From the NCBI GenBank assembly GCA_020630435.1, contig JAHDBJ010000005.1, positions 93,440 to 157,439 of the forward strand: a stretch of DNA of 64,000 bases, written 5' to 3'. Below, in pieces: positions 9,673-19,238 of the stretch. Below the pieces are notes generated by a model. It searched no databases. It was not told where the DNA came from and saw only the letters and a list, made by a program, of their open reading frames with translations. Numbering within the stretch: position 1 is the stretch's first letter; each line of letters starts with the position of its first letter. This DNA is from Saprospiraceae bacterium. GTDB lineage: Bacteria > Bacteroidota > Bacteroidia > Chitinophagales > Saprospiraceae. Both the position numbers and the translations under genes were made by a program.

Positions 9673-10209
9673 CTAATCATCTTCCCACCGTTTTCTTCCT
9701 CGCCCTCTTCTCTTACCCTCTTTCTTCCATTTTTCTTTTTTTTCCTTCCATTTACTCTTAATTCGTTTCATTTTATCTTCAAACTCCTCTTTCTTATCTA
9801 TTCCCTTCACCTTAATAAAATCTTTAATCTCTTCACGAATATCTTTGACTTCCTCCTCAAATTCTTCTCGAAGTTTGCGTTGTTTTTCTTTATATGTTTG
9901 GCGCAATGCTCTCAATTCTTGCCTTAGGCTTTTCAATTCAGAGAAATCATCTTTTTCTTCCTTTTCTTCTTCTGCTTCGGCTTCGTTTGTTGTTTCTTTT
10001 TTATCTGTATTTACCTTAGATGATATTTTCTCCCCAATATCATCTAATCCACTTTTTATTTTATCAAACAAACTTTCAGGAGCAGTTTCTTCATTAGGAT
10101 CTTCTTTGTTTTCTTTTTGAGTTTTATCAATAAGGTCTTTAATTCCTTTTACCATCTCAATTGGGTTCATCGGATTAAAAAAACCTAAAGGATCTTTTTC
10201 TTCTGCCAT
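9673..10209 (-). CDS. Highly charged K/E-rich coiled-coil protein with C-terminal RGRGRKR. No signal peptide
   Basis: Low-complexity KE-rich translation. It is the first of five consecutive minus-strand genes with extreme charge bias. Confidence 0.5.
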   Translation of the reverse strand: MAEEKDPLGFFNPMNPIEMVKGIKDLIDKTQKENKEDPNEETAPESLFDKIKSGLDDIGEKISSKVNTDKKETTNEAEAEEEKEEKDDFSELKSLRQELRALRQTYKEKQRKLREEFEEEVKDIREEIKDFIKVKGIDKKEEFEDKMKRIKSKWKEKKEKWKKEGKRRGRGRKRWEDD

Positions 10210-10302
10210 AGCTTTAAAATTGTTATGTGTTTTGAAAAATGAAATTCTGTACCAATATTTGGCACAGAATTTCTACTGTAAATATATAAGTTTTATATTG
10301 AA

Positions 10303-11001
10303 TTACCTATCATCATTTGATTTCCCTTTCCCTCTTTTATTCTTCTTGTTTTTCCCTTTTCCTCTCTTTTCATCGTCATCATCGTCGTCGTCGTCATCAT
10401 CATCGTCGTCATCATCATCTCCGTCATCATCATCTCCGTCATCATCATCTCCGTCATCGTCATCTTCTTCTTCTTCTTCGAATACGCCTTTACACTCTTC
10501 TTTTAGTTTCTCAAATTCTTCTTTGAATTTTTCTTGAATATCCTTTCTTTTTTCCTTTGTATCTTCCTGTAAATCCTTCATTTTTTCTTGGTGCGCTTTT
10601 CTTAATTCTCTCACCTCTTCTTGAAACTCCTTATTCCCTTGTCCTTTACCACCTTTTTTTCCCTTTCCCTTTCCTTTTTTGCCTTTGCCTTTGCCTTTTT
10701 TACCTTTGTTTTTCCCCCTGCCTCTTTCATTGTTATCCTCAGCTTCTTCTTCATAATCCCCATCATCATTATTTCCCGTCTCTATCCCATACTTATCTCT
10801 CAATTCCTGTATTTTTGCCCTCAACTCTTGTCTATTTTTCCTTCTCTCCTCGTTTGTCTTTTCCTGCAATTCTTTCATTTTAGTATCCCGCTCTTCTTTG
10901 ATCTCTTCAAACTTCTCTCTACACTCTTGCTCTGTTTGAGCAAAAGCAACTTGAGTTATTCCTAAAAGGATTAAACTAAATAACCAAATAATTTTTTTCA
11001 T
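10303..11001 (-). CDS. Secreted charged protein with a duplicated helical module, a (KG)n tract and a >30-residue poly-Asp tract
   Basis: Signal peptide (LGITQVAFAQ). Two copies of an M(K)ELQE.T.E.R...QE-type module. KGKGKGKKGKGKGKKGGKGQG, and DDDDGDDDDGDDDDGDDDDDDDDDDDDDDDDD encoded by a GAT/GAC repeat. Confidence 0.6.
   Translation of the reverse strand: MKKIIWLFSLILLGITQVAFAQTEQECREKFEEIKEERDTKMKELQEKTNEERRKNRQELRAKIQELRDKYGIETGNNDDGDYEEEAEDNNERGRGKNKGKKGKGKGKKGKGKGKKGGKGQGNKEFQEEVRELRKAHQEKMKDLQEDTKEKRKDIQEKFKEEFEKLKEECKGVFEEEEEDDDDGDDDDGDDDDGDDDDDDDDDDDDDDDDEKRGKGKNKKNKRGKGKSNDDR
10371..10480. repeat. Trinucleotide (GAT/GAC, minus-strand sense) microsatellite with a 15-bp unit (CTCCGTCATCATCAT) x3 embedded. 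It encodes the poly-Asp tract
   Basis: Read directly from 10371-10480. Confidence 0.85.
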
Positions 11002-11045
11002 AATTGTAATGATTGTGATTTTAAAAATAGTTTTTAATTGGAGTT

Positions 11046-11474
11046 TTACTCTTCTAGTTTTTGGGATATATCTTCAAAGATAGTTTCAATTTGTTGGAAT
11101 ATTTCTTCTGCATCTCCTTCGTGTTTTTTGAGTATTCGTTGAACTTCTTTATCGTTTTTAATTTCTTCTAATTTTTCCCTCCACACCCTGCTGTCTTTCT
11201 CTATATCTTTAGATTTCACAGCAATCTCGTCAATTACATCTTTAATTTTATCAATTTCATCGCCTTCTAATAGCTCCTTAGCCTTTGTACTAAATTTATC
11301 AAGAAAATTTTTGGCGTCTTCCGCTACTGTATCAATTTGTTTACTATTCTGTTCAGGGTTTTCCAAACAACTCACAAAAGAGAAAGCAACTAGACAGAAA
11401 AAGGCAAACACTAGTGTATTTTTCATTTTTTGATTTTTATTTAGATAAAAGATATTATAAAATTCTTCGGGCAA
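11046..11474 (-). CDS. Acidic helical lipoprotein, hypothetical
   Basis: Signal peptide with Cys (FSFVSC). E/D/K-rich helical sequence. Confidence 0.5.
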   Translation of the reverse strand: MPEEFYNIFYLNKNQKMKNTLVFAFFCLVAFSFVSCLENPEQNSKQIDTVAEDAKNFLDKFSTKAKELLEGDEIDKIKDVIDEIAVKSKDIEKDSRVWREKLEEIKNDKEVQRILKKHEGDAEEIFQQIETIFEDISQKLEE

Positions 11475-12090
11475 ATCTAAGTTTATTTTTCCAATATCGA
11501 GATGATTTTATACTTGTGATATTTACCCCACTTGATGATGAATGTATCATTTTAAGTGATTCATTTTTATCGGATATTACAATCCCTACATGTGAAATTG
11601 TTTTTCCATTTTTAGCAAAAAATAAGAGATCGCCTTTCTGAGCCTCATTAATTTTAATACGCTGTCCTTCTCTTGCTTGGGTCTTTGATGTTCTAGAAAT
11701 ATCAATTCCTGTTTTTTTAAAAACATATTGTGTATACCCAGAGCAATCAAAACCTTTTGGAGATTCGCCTCCATATCTATACTTTGTTCCAAGGTGTCGT
11801 TTGGCTTCTATTATAATTTCGTTGGCCGCAAATGCTTTATTGGTTGGTAGTTTTGAGGAAGGACTACGAGTGGTTTCTGCTTTTAGAGAAGAAGTACCCG
11901 TTTTTTTAACTTTTCGAGATAGCTCTTGTTTTTTTCTTTTTCTCTTAAGGTGCTTCTTTTTCTTTCCTTTACGATGTTTCTTTTTATAGTGTTTTTTATA
12001 TTTCTCTTTAGATTGTGCTTGTAATGACGATGAGGGTGCAAATGCAAAAAATAGCGTGAAGAAGAATAAAAAAAGTAGTGATTGTTTCAT
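11455..12090 (-). CDS. NlpC/P60 (C40) family peptidoglycan peptidase with an N-terminal polybasic (K/R/H) tail
   Basis: Signal peptide, then KKHYKKKHRKGKKKKHLKRKRKK, then the NlpC/P60 core (YRYGGESPKGFDCSGYTQYVF...ISHVGIVIS). Cys and His positions are conserved. Confidence 0.75.
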   Translation of the reverse strand: MKQSLLFLFFFTLFFAFAPSSSLQAQSKEKYKKHYKKKHRKGKKKKHLKRKRKKQELSRKVKKTGTSSLKAETTRSPSSKLPTNKAFAANEIIIEAKRHLGTKYRYGGESPKGFDCSGYTQYVFKKTGIDISRTSKTQAREGQRIKINEAQKGDLLFFAKNGKTISHVGIVISDKNESLKMIHSSSSGVNITSIKSSRYWKNKLRFARRIL

Positions 12091-12206
12091 TTATTTTTAT
12101 ATACTATGAGTCTTGATTTCTATGTCCCAAATATATAAAGCTCTATCAAATATTGTCAATCCGCTACTAGACTATTTATTATTTTTTTAACTAAATTATC
12201 ACTTTT

Positions 12207-12707
12207 TTAACATTCTTTCTTAGCCCAACGATAATGATATAAAATCCATACAAAAAGGATTATCAAAAATATGCCTACTATTACTATTGACAAACTTTTT
12301 ATTTTTCCTAATCCCATAGCTATCATTACAATATTGATATATCCAAAAAGCAGCATAATCAAAAATAGAACGCCTCTCAATATTCTTGTTCCTATTTTAT
12401 ATTGAATTGCAGCATTTTGTGCTGTAATTTCAACTGGATAGTTATATGTATGTGGAATCGAGTACAAATATCGAAAAGTGAAATATTGACAAATTCCTAA
12501 AAAAGGTAACAAAAAGACAATTAATTTAGGTGCAAAACTATCGGGTTCTCCTTTTAAGTTAAAATGACTAGGAATCTGTTCGGGTAACAAATTATAATAA
12601 TAGATAGGAAGTATACATAAAACTATGAGTACAATTTGAGTACATACAGTTAACATTTTATCTAACTCATCTGATTCCAATTGAATTTTTGGTCGATTTT
12701 TCATCAT
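12207..12707 (-). CDS. Small membrane protein (DUF1648/SdpI-like topology)
   Basis: Four TM helices. The IPSHFNLKGEPD motif resembles DUF1648. Confidence 0.4.
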   Translation of the reverse strand: MMKNRPKIQLESDELDKMLTVCTQIVLIVLCILPIYYYNLLPEQIPSHFNLKGEPDSFAPKLIVFLLPFLGICQYFTFRYLYSIPHTYNYPVEITAQNAAIQYKIGTRILRGVLFLIMLLFGYINIVMIAMGLGKIKSLSIVIVGIFLIILFVWILYHYRWAKKEC

Positions 12708-12795
12708 CTATGATTAACTATATTTTATCTTAGTTTTTTTATTATAAAATTTTTCACTATTCGGCTTCTGAAAATTTTCTTCTTATGTATACTAA

Positions 12796-12842
12796 AAACC
12801 TCCTATGTATACTGGTTAAACAATTAACTCTACATAGGAGGT
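12796..12842 (-). terminator. 13-bp inverted repeat AACCTCCTATGTA/TACATAGGAGGTT with a 21-nt loop, plus a direct repeat TATGTATACT x2. Probable terminator of the 12872..13600 gene
   Basis: Seen in the sequence 30 nt downstream of the minus-strand stop. The minus-strand reading is followed by TTTT. Confidence 0.4.
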
Positions 12843-12871
12843 TCTAGTTCTATAACTTTTATAGTTAACTA

Positions 12872-13600
12872 TTAGCCTTCGCCATTCTTTTTTTTCTTTT
12901 TCATAGCATTCCCCTTCCCTTTATTTTTTTCTTTTGCCTTATTTTTATAATAATTCTCTTTTCTCTCTTTTGCTTGGTTTCCTTTTAATTCCTCGCCTTT
13001 ATTCATTTTCTCTTTCTTCTCCATTTTATTAGCAGCTCCTTTCCCTTTCTTCTTTACTTCTTCCATCTTTTCAGTTTTTTTCCCTTCCATTTCTTTCTTC
13101 TTTGCAGTCCCCTTTTCTTTTGCTTCTAGCTTTTTTAGGTTTTCAGATTTTTTAATCTTTTCAACCTCTTCCAATTCAGCTTCTTCTGAATCTTCTTTTG
13201 TTTCTAATTTTTTAGCTTTCTGCTTTTCTTTTTTGACTGACTGCATTTCTTTTACCCATTCTGGTTTGCCTTTAGCTTTTGCAACCTTCTTCCCTGTTTT
13301 TTCCACATTCGCTTCCAATTCAGCAACCTTAGCGGCTGCTTTCTCTAATTGGGCTTCTCTTTTAATAATTACATTTTCAGGAACTTTCCCTGCTTGTTTT
13401 TGCTGCTCCAAGTTCGCTCTCGCTTTTTCAATCCTTTTTCTTAATGCTTCAACTCTTTTTTCATTATTTTGATATTCTTCATCAGCTTTTTCCATTTTTT
13501 CTACAGCCTCCTTTTTTTCCATAGACTGTGCATAACTAAATGGTTGGAAACTCACCATCAATAATATTATCAGTACTAATATTCCTAGTTTATTCTTCAT
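12872..13600 (-). CDS. Secreted K/E/A-rich coiled-coil protein, hypothetical
   Basis: Signal peptide (FSYAQS). Low-complexity lysine/glutamate-rich sequence ending in KNKGKGNAMKKKKKNGEG. Confidence 0.55.
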   Translation of the reverse strand: MKNKLGILVLIILLMVSFQPFSYAQSMEKKEAVEKMEKADEEYQNNEKRVEALRKRIEKARANLEQQKQAGKVPENVIIKREAQLEKAAAKVAELEANVEKTGKKVAKAKGKPEWVKEMQSVKKEKQKAKKLETKEDSEEAELEEVEKIKKSENLKKLEAKEKGTAKKKEMEGKKTEKMEEVKKKGKGAANKMEKKEKMNKGEELKGNQAKERKENYYKNKAKEKNKGKGNAMKKKKKNGEG

Positions 13601-13747
13601 AATTTTTATTTTAAATAAAGTTGTCTAATAATTACTGCCATTAGTAAAGAATAGATATTTAAATGACTATAATTGTAGCCTAAATACGTAGTTTTTGAAC
13701 AACTTCAATGAATGAATTGTGGTTAGTTAGATAAGTTTTTGTTCTTG

Positions 13748-13972
13748 TTATTCCACGCCTTCTAATAATTGTTCTATTTCTTTTTCTGCTTCATCAAGTT
13801 TTAAGGTTAAAGAATCGACTTGAGCTGTCACTTCATTTGAAACAGCCTCTAGTTCAGCAGTATTTGTATTCTCTGTACTATTTTCTTGTTGTGTAGCAAC
13901 ATTACCACATTGCACTATAAATACTGTTGAAAAAATAAGTAGTAATAAAAATAATTTCTCTAAGACTTGCAT
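13748..13972 (-). CDS. Small acidic secreted/lipoprotein, hypothetical
   Basis: 74 aa. Signal peptide ending VQCG, then an acidic helical segment. Confidence 0.35.
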   Translation of the reverse strand: MQVLEKLFLLLLIFSTVFIVQCGNVATQQENSTENTNTAELEAVSNEVTAQVDSLTLKLDEAEKEIEQLLEGVE

Positions 13973-14224
13973 AAGATTAGGTTTTGGTCGTGATGATTTT
14001 ATTTGTAAGACGTAAAGGGTAAATATAAGTATCTAATTTTATATATTCTTTAATATTTGTTAAAAAAATAAGCTTTTTTTTAATGATTTTTAGAGAAAAT
14101 AGGCTAATTATACCATTGAATCCTTATTATTGAGATTATGAATTTATTTAAATTCTCATTTTACTTTTTATAAATATTTTTGAATAACTTCAATAGTCTA
14201 TTCTAAAAACCGAAAATTATCATA

Positions 14225-15889
14225 ATGCAAGATTCAAGACCTTGGCTCAAAAATTATCCTAGTGGAATACCTGCAAATATTAATCCTGATGCATATCAAA
14301 GTCTAGCCGACCTATTAGAAGAGGCCTTTAGAAAATATAAAACATTGAAAGCTTTTTCTTGCATGGGTAAAGAAATGACTTTCAAAGAAATTGATTATTT
14401 ATCTTCAAACTTTGGAGCTTATCTTCAATCTCGAGGGCTAGTAGCTGGAGACAAAATCGCACTCATGATGCCTAATATGCTCCAATATCCTATAGCTTTA
14501 TTTGGTGCTTTGAAAGCAGGATTAATAATTGTAAATACTAATCCGCTTTATACCCCAAGAGAAATGCACCATCAGTTTACAGATTCGGGGGTCAAGGCAA
14601 TTATTATAGCAGAAAATTTTGCCGCAAATCTTGAAAAAATCATTGGAGATACCAATATTAATACCGTTATTTTAGCTACAATAGGAGAGCTTTTAGGAGC
14701 TGTTAAAGGTCGAATTGTTAACTTTGTTGTCCGTTCTGTAAAGAAAATGGTTCCTAAATATAATTTAGAAAATGTTGTCACTTTTAAAGATGCGCTTGCA
14801 CAAGGGAAGAAATTTACACTCAAAAAGCATAAAGGAACACCCGATGAAGTCATTTTATTACAATATACGGGAGGCACTACAGGCATTTCAAAAGGAGCAA
14901 TGCTTACTAATCGCAATCTTATTGCTAATATGCAACAAATACGAGCGATGATGATGCCATTTTTGGAAGAGTCTTCCGAAGTTGCACTCTCTCCCTTACC
15001 AATGTATCATATCTTTGCCTTTACAGTCAATTGTCTGGCTTTATTAACGATTGGTTCTTTAACTGTTTTGGTTGTCAATCCTAGAGATCTTCCTTCTGTG
15101 AATAAAGAGTTTAAACGGTATAAAATCAGTTTAATGACTGGTGTAAATACTTTATTCAATGCTTTAATTAACAATGAAGAATTTAAAAAGTTGGATTTTT
15201 CCGCTCTAAAAGCTTCTGTAGGTGGTGGCATGGCTGTACAAAAAGTTGTTGCTGAAAAATGGCATCAGGTTACAGGTTGCCCTCTCGCAGAAGGCTATGG
15301 TATGACGGAAGCCTCTCCTGTCGTTACTTGTAACCCTATTGATGGCTCTGGTCGTTTGGGTACAATTGGACTTCCTGTTCCTTCTACTGATGTTCGTGTT
15401 GTTGATGAACAAGGTAATGTTTTAGCTGCAGAACAAGTTGGAGAAATACAAGTACAAGGGCCACAAGTTATGAAAGGATACTATAATCGCCCAGAAGCAA
15501 CTGCTGATGTAATTAAAGAAAATTGGCTTAGTACAGGCGATATTGGTAAAATGTCAGCAGATGGTTTTTTCCAAATTGTTGATAGAAAAAAAGATATGAT
15601 CCTTGTTTCTGGTTTCAATGTTTTTCCTAATGAAATCGAAAATGTCATTGCGATGCATCCAAAGGTTCTAGAAGTTGCAGCCATTGGTGTTCCTGATGAA
15701 AAATCAGGAGAAGTTCCTAAGGTTTTCATCGTAAAAAAAGAGAAGTCTTTAAGTGAAAAAGAAATTATTGCTTATTGTAAAGAAAACCTAACTGGTTATA
15801 AAATCCCACGTCATGTAGAATTTCTAAAAGAACTGCCAAAATCAAATGTTGGTAAAATACTGCGCCGTGCATTACGAGAAAATGCCTAA
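14225..15889 (+). CDS. fadD: Long-chain fatty acid--CoA ligase (AMP-binding superfamily)
   Basis: 554 aa. AMP-binding motif LQYTGGTTGISKGAMLTN, GYGMTEASP, and the C-terminal PKSNVGKILRR lysine. Confidence 0.85.
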   Translation: MQDSRPWLKNYPSGIPANINPDAYQSLADLLEEAFRKYKTLKAFSCMGKEMTFKEIDYLSSNFGAYLQSRGLVAGDKIALMMPNMLQYPIALFGALKAGLIIVNTNPLYTPREMHHQFTDSGVKAIIIAENFAANLEKIIGDTNINTVILATIGELLGAVKGRIVNFVVRSVKKMVPKYNLENVVTFKDALAQGKKFTLKKHKGTPDEVILLQYTGGTTGISKGAMLTNRNLIANMQQIRAMMMPFLEESSEVALSPLPMYHIFAFTVNCLALLTIGSLTVLVVNPRDLPSVNKEFKRYKISLMTGVNTLFNALINNEEFKKLDFSALKASVGGGMAVQKVVAEKWHQVTGCPLAEGYGMTEASPVVTCNPIDGSGRLGTIGLPVPSTDVRVVDEQGNVLAAEQVGEIQVQGPQVMKGYYNRPEATADVIKENWLSTGDIGKMSADGFFQIVDRKKDMILVSGFNVFPNEIENVIAMHPKVLEVAAIGVPDEKSGEVPKVFIVKKEKSLSEKEIIAYCKENLTGYKIPRHVEFLKELPKSNVGKILRRALRENA

Positions 15890-16506
15890 TTTTCACCCTT
15901 AAAACTTACAACATACTCCTGTCTATTTTTCAATTAACACCATCATCATTCGCTTCAAAAAAGGTTTTTTGGAGAAAAGTAGGTGTATACGCTCATTTTT
16001 TAAAAAAATATGTTTATCTTTGTTACTGTGACAGGTCAAATAAGGCACAATTCTTATATGTTAATCATATTACAAACAATATTGTTGTGTTATTTAGCTC
16101 ACAAAACTACTACTATCCCCACTTTTTCAACGATTAGGAGGATTTTAAACTTCTATAGAATCGATCTCTAAAAATTACTACTCAAGCACTTAATTACAGC
16201 TTATACATCATCAATAAATGTTATTGGCATGTAGTTATAGTATACTGCACGAGTTATAGTCCTTAATATTAATAAGGATGCTTGTGCTAAATTTATAGAG
16301 AGACCAATTATACCAGTTTCAAAACTATTTTTAAATCTAATTTTTACAAAGCTAGTAATTAGTTAATGGTAGCTGTACAAGTTATTCTTTCTCAAATAAG
16401 TATAGAGTTTGCTATAAGTTTGAAATTAGTATAAAAGATGAAACACTATAATTATTTTTAATGAGTACAGATACAAGTATTTTTTAATAAAATCTATTGG
16501 CGATAC

Positions 16507-17886
16507 GTGATGAGGCTATACACATATTCTAAAGTATTTTTTCTATTTATCTTAGGGGTAAGTGCCCAAAGTTTATTAGCAGATAATTGGCAAACTGTCA
16601 ATGCTGAAGATCTAGATGACGTTTCTATCTCTTTACAAATACTAGAAGAACCTTCTTTAGAAAAAGATACTTGGATAAAATTTGAATTTTTAAATAAAAG
16701 AAAGGAAAACCTTAAAATCAAAGAAGCTTCCTATAATATTGCATGGTATACACTTAATGGAGAAACCGAAGCATATGAAATCGAAGGAAATCTTGTTACA
16801 AAGGATTTTACGGATGTATTAAATGAAGGGCTTTCAGGCTTACCCTTTAATCGAACCTTACCACCAGGTTTGTCTGTTATTTCGCATTATCCTAGTGCTT
16901 ATGGTGCTTTTTTACTCGGCAATCCTCAAACAAAAAACCTACCATCACAACTTATTGTAAGTATGACATTGGAATTGCAAGGAGACGAAAATGTTACCAT
17001 CATCTGGGATCAAATTGATTTCAAATTTGATTGGTATCCTGTAAAAAATAAAAAAATTACAGAAGCTAAACTCGTTAAAGCTTTAAAAGAGGCCAGTGCG
17101 ATCCCCTATCATGTTTTACAATTAAGAGCTTTACTAGAAATACAAAAAGAAAGTAAAATACTCAAGGCTGAAAATCTATTAAAAGCGCTAGATATTCGAA
17201 CAGGGATAGAAGATGGACGAAATATAGTCCTAACTTACCTGAATGCATATTTCTCGAATGAAAAAGACGTTATTTCTTTTTATAAAAAGAAACTTACAGA
17301 AGGGAAAGATCCTTATATTCTACACGACCTTTATATTGCACCAAAAATTTGGTCAAATGAATTTAAAGACATTTTAGTAGAACAATATTTTGCTTGTAAA
17401 CATCTAAGCCAAAAACGAAAAATAATTGATATCCTCTTTAAACATAAAGAAATCTATAAAGAAGACACTCATTTAGGAGAAAAACTTGCTAGCCCTATAC
17501 TTGACCAATATGAATCTATAATATATGAAGTTCCAGAGAATTTATCCGAAGGCAAATTACTCATTTGGGCTTCTGCTGTCTCCATACTAGGGAAATTAAA
17601 TAATTCGGAATATCTCCACTTAATCTGCCCTTATTTAGATTCTTCCACTAAAATCCTTGATGGCGGTGTATTTATTGATGCTAATTCAGAGAAAATTCCT
17701 CGTCCTTTAAGAGTTTGTGATATAGCATTAGAAGCAATTTTGAATATACAAGGTAAAGAGCTTCATAAGGAATATATTAAAAATGGATTTTTTCCCCCTT
17801 ATGAATATGGTGAAGCGCAAATTGTCATCAATAAAATAAGAGATAAAATGGTGGCAGAAATCAAAGCAAAAACTTGTATAGAATAG
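16507..17886 (+). CDS. Hypothetical secreted protein
   Basis: 459 aa with a signal peptide. No recognisable motif. Confidence 0.45.
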   Translation: MMRLYTYSKVFFLFILGVSAQSLLADNWQTVNAEDLDDVSISLQILEEPSLEKDTWIKFEFLNKRKENLKIKEASYNIAWYTLNGETEAYEIEGNLVTKDFTDVLNEGLSGLPFNRTLPPGLSVISHYPSAYGAFLLGNPQTKNLPSQLIVSMTLELQGDENVTIIWDQIDFKFDWYPVKNKKITEAKLVKALKEASAIPYHVLQLRALLEIQKESKILKAENLLKALDIRTGIEDGRNIVLTYLNAYFSNEKDVISFYKKKLTEGKDPYILHDLYIAPKIWSNEFKDILVEQYFACKHLSQKRKIIDILFKHKEIYKEDTHLGEKLASPILDQYESIIYEVPENLSEGKLLIWASAVSILGKLNNSEYLHLICPYLDSSTKILDGGVFIDANSEKIPRPLRVCDIALEAILNIQGKELHKEYIKNGFFPPYEYGEAQIVINKIRDKMVAEIKAKTCIE

Positions 17887-18028
17887 CAAATTGCTTAAAA
17901 TTTAAATTTTTTCTCCCAGCAAAAAATACTTGTCTAAAAAAACTTTTTGAAAATAACCATAAAAATGTCGATATTATCGCCAATATTTCAAGTTTGTTGT
18001 TAAAACAGTTGAACATAAATTTATCGCT

Positions 18029-19210
18029 ATGAGGGTTATTTTCACAATTACTTGTCTTTTTATATTGACGAATCTAAGTGCAGAATTAGGAATTGCTACT
18101 TACTACAGTGATGCTTTCCATGGAAGCGCAATGGCAAGTGGCGAATTATATGACAAAAATAAATTAACTGCTGCACATAAAACACTTCCTTTTGGTTCTA
18201 AAGTAAGGGTGACACGTTTAGATAATAATAAATCAGTTGTTGTGGTTGTAAAAGATCGAGGACCTTATGTTAAAGGGCATATCGTCGAACTCTCCAAACG
18301 CGCCGCCGAACAGTTAGGGATGTTAGCTATTGAAGAGGCTAAAGTGAAACTCGAATTAATTGAGCGGGGTGTTCCTAAAAAGAAAGAAAAAAAAGAAATT
18401 TCAATTGGTACGATTAAGCGAAATACAAATGAAGATGTAGCCAAAGAAGAAAAAAAAACTGAACCAACACTCCAAAAAGAGGAATTCACCGCTAAAACAG
18501 GAGAACCCGTAACAGATTATAGTGATATTGAAAAACCGAAGCCAACAAAAAAGAAAAAAGAAGAAAAAAAAGAACCTGTAGAAGCACCTAAGAAAAAAAA
18601 GAAAAAATTAACGACAATTAATCGAAAAGGATTCCAGATTCACGATCTCTATAAGCCTGTAGCTAAAAAACCCGAAAATTTAGGCTTTGGTATCAAAATA
18701 GGGACTTATCATAAATTTGAAAATGTTCTTAAACAAGTTGCTATACTCCAAGAAAACTGGTTTAGTGAAGTGTATTTAATTGTAGAAAACTATATCAACG
18801 AACCAACCACGTATAAAATAATATTGGAATCTTTTGATGATAGAGCATCGGCTACCCACTATGCAAAAGATGTAAAGAAAAAAGGCATTCCTGCTTATGT
18901 TATTGATTTATCAAATGAAACAGAAACCATCTATTATTTTCGTGCTTTACGCCCTCAAAAAGAAGGCTATGGCGTACAAGTAGGAGTAATAAGTAATGAA
19001 AATGCCGTTTTAAAAGAGATTTTAAAATATGAAAAAAAGTGGTTGAACAATATTCTTATTAGTGTAGAAAAAGCAGCTGATAATAAATCTACTTACAAAT
19101 TTATTTTAGGCCCTTTTCCCGATATGCCTACAGCTCAGAGTTATAAGAAACATTCTAAGAAAAAAGGATTAAATGGTTTTGTAGTCAACTTAGCAGATTT
19201 AAAATACTAA
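18029..19210 (+). CDS. rlpA: Septal ring lytic transglycosylase RlpA-family protein with two C-terminal SPOR domains
   Basis: DPBB core (ATYYSDAFHGSAMASGELYD...LPFGSKVRVTRLDNNKSVVVVVKDRGPY), K/E-rich linker, and two SPOR-like repeats (FGIKIGTY..., YGVQVGVI...). Confidence 0.75.
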   Translation: MRVIFTITCLFILTNLSAELGIATYYSDAFHGSAMASGELYDKNKLTAAHKTLPFGSKVRVTRLDNNKSVVVVVKDRGPYVKGHIVELSKRAAEQLGMLAIEEAKVKLELIERGVPKKKEKKEISIGTIKRNTNEDVAKEEKKTEPTLQKEEFTAKTGEPVTDYSDIEKPKPTKKKKEEKKEPVEAPKKKKKKLTTINRKGFQIHDLYKPVAKKPENLGFGIKIGTYHKFENVLKQVAILQENWFSEVYLIVENYINEPTTYKIILESFDDRASATHYAKDVKKKGIPAYVIDLSNETETIYYFRALRPQKEGYGVQVGVISNENAVLKEILKYEKKWLNNILISVEKAADNKSTYKFILGPFPDMPTAQSYKKHSKKKGLNGFVVNLADLKY

Positions 19211-19238
19211 ACCTTGCTTTTATTAAATTCAGTATTCA

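Noticed and set aside
9673-10209. Considered calling the KE-rich cytoplasmic protein a ribosomal or histone-like protein
   Set aside because: Compositional bias alone. There is no motif support.
10220-10537. Plus-strand ORFs (10220..10537 poly-Ser; 10317..10526 poly-His/Arg; 10557..10883; 10621..10965) opposite the charged-protein gene
   Set aside because: They are frame-shifted readings of the same GAT/GAC and CTT-rich simple repeats. Their low-complexity translations are an artefact of the repeat. The minus-strand gene has a signal peptide and a coherent architecture.
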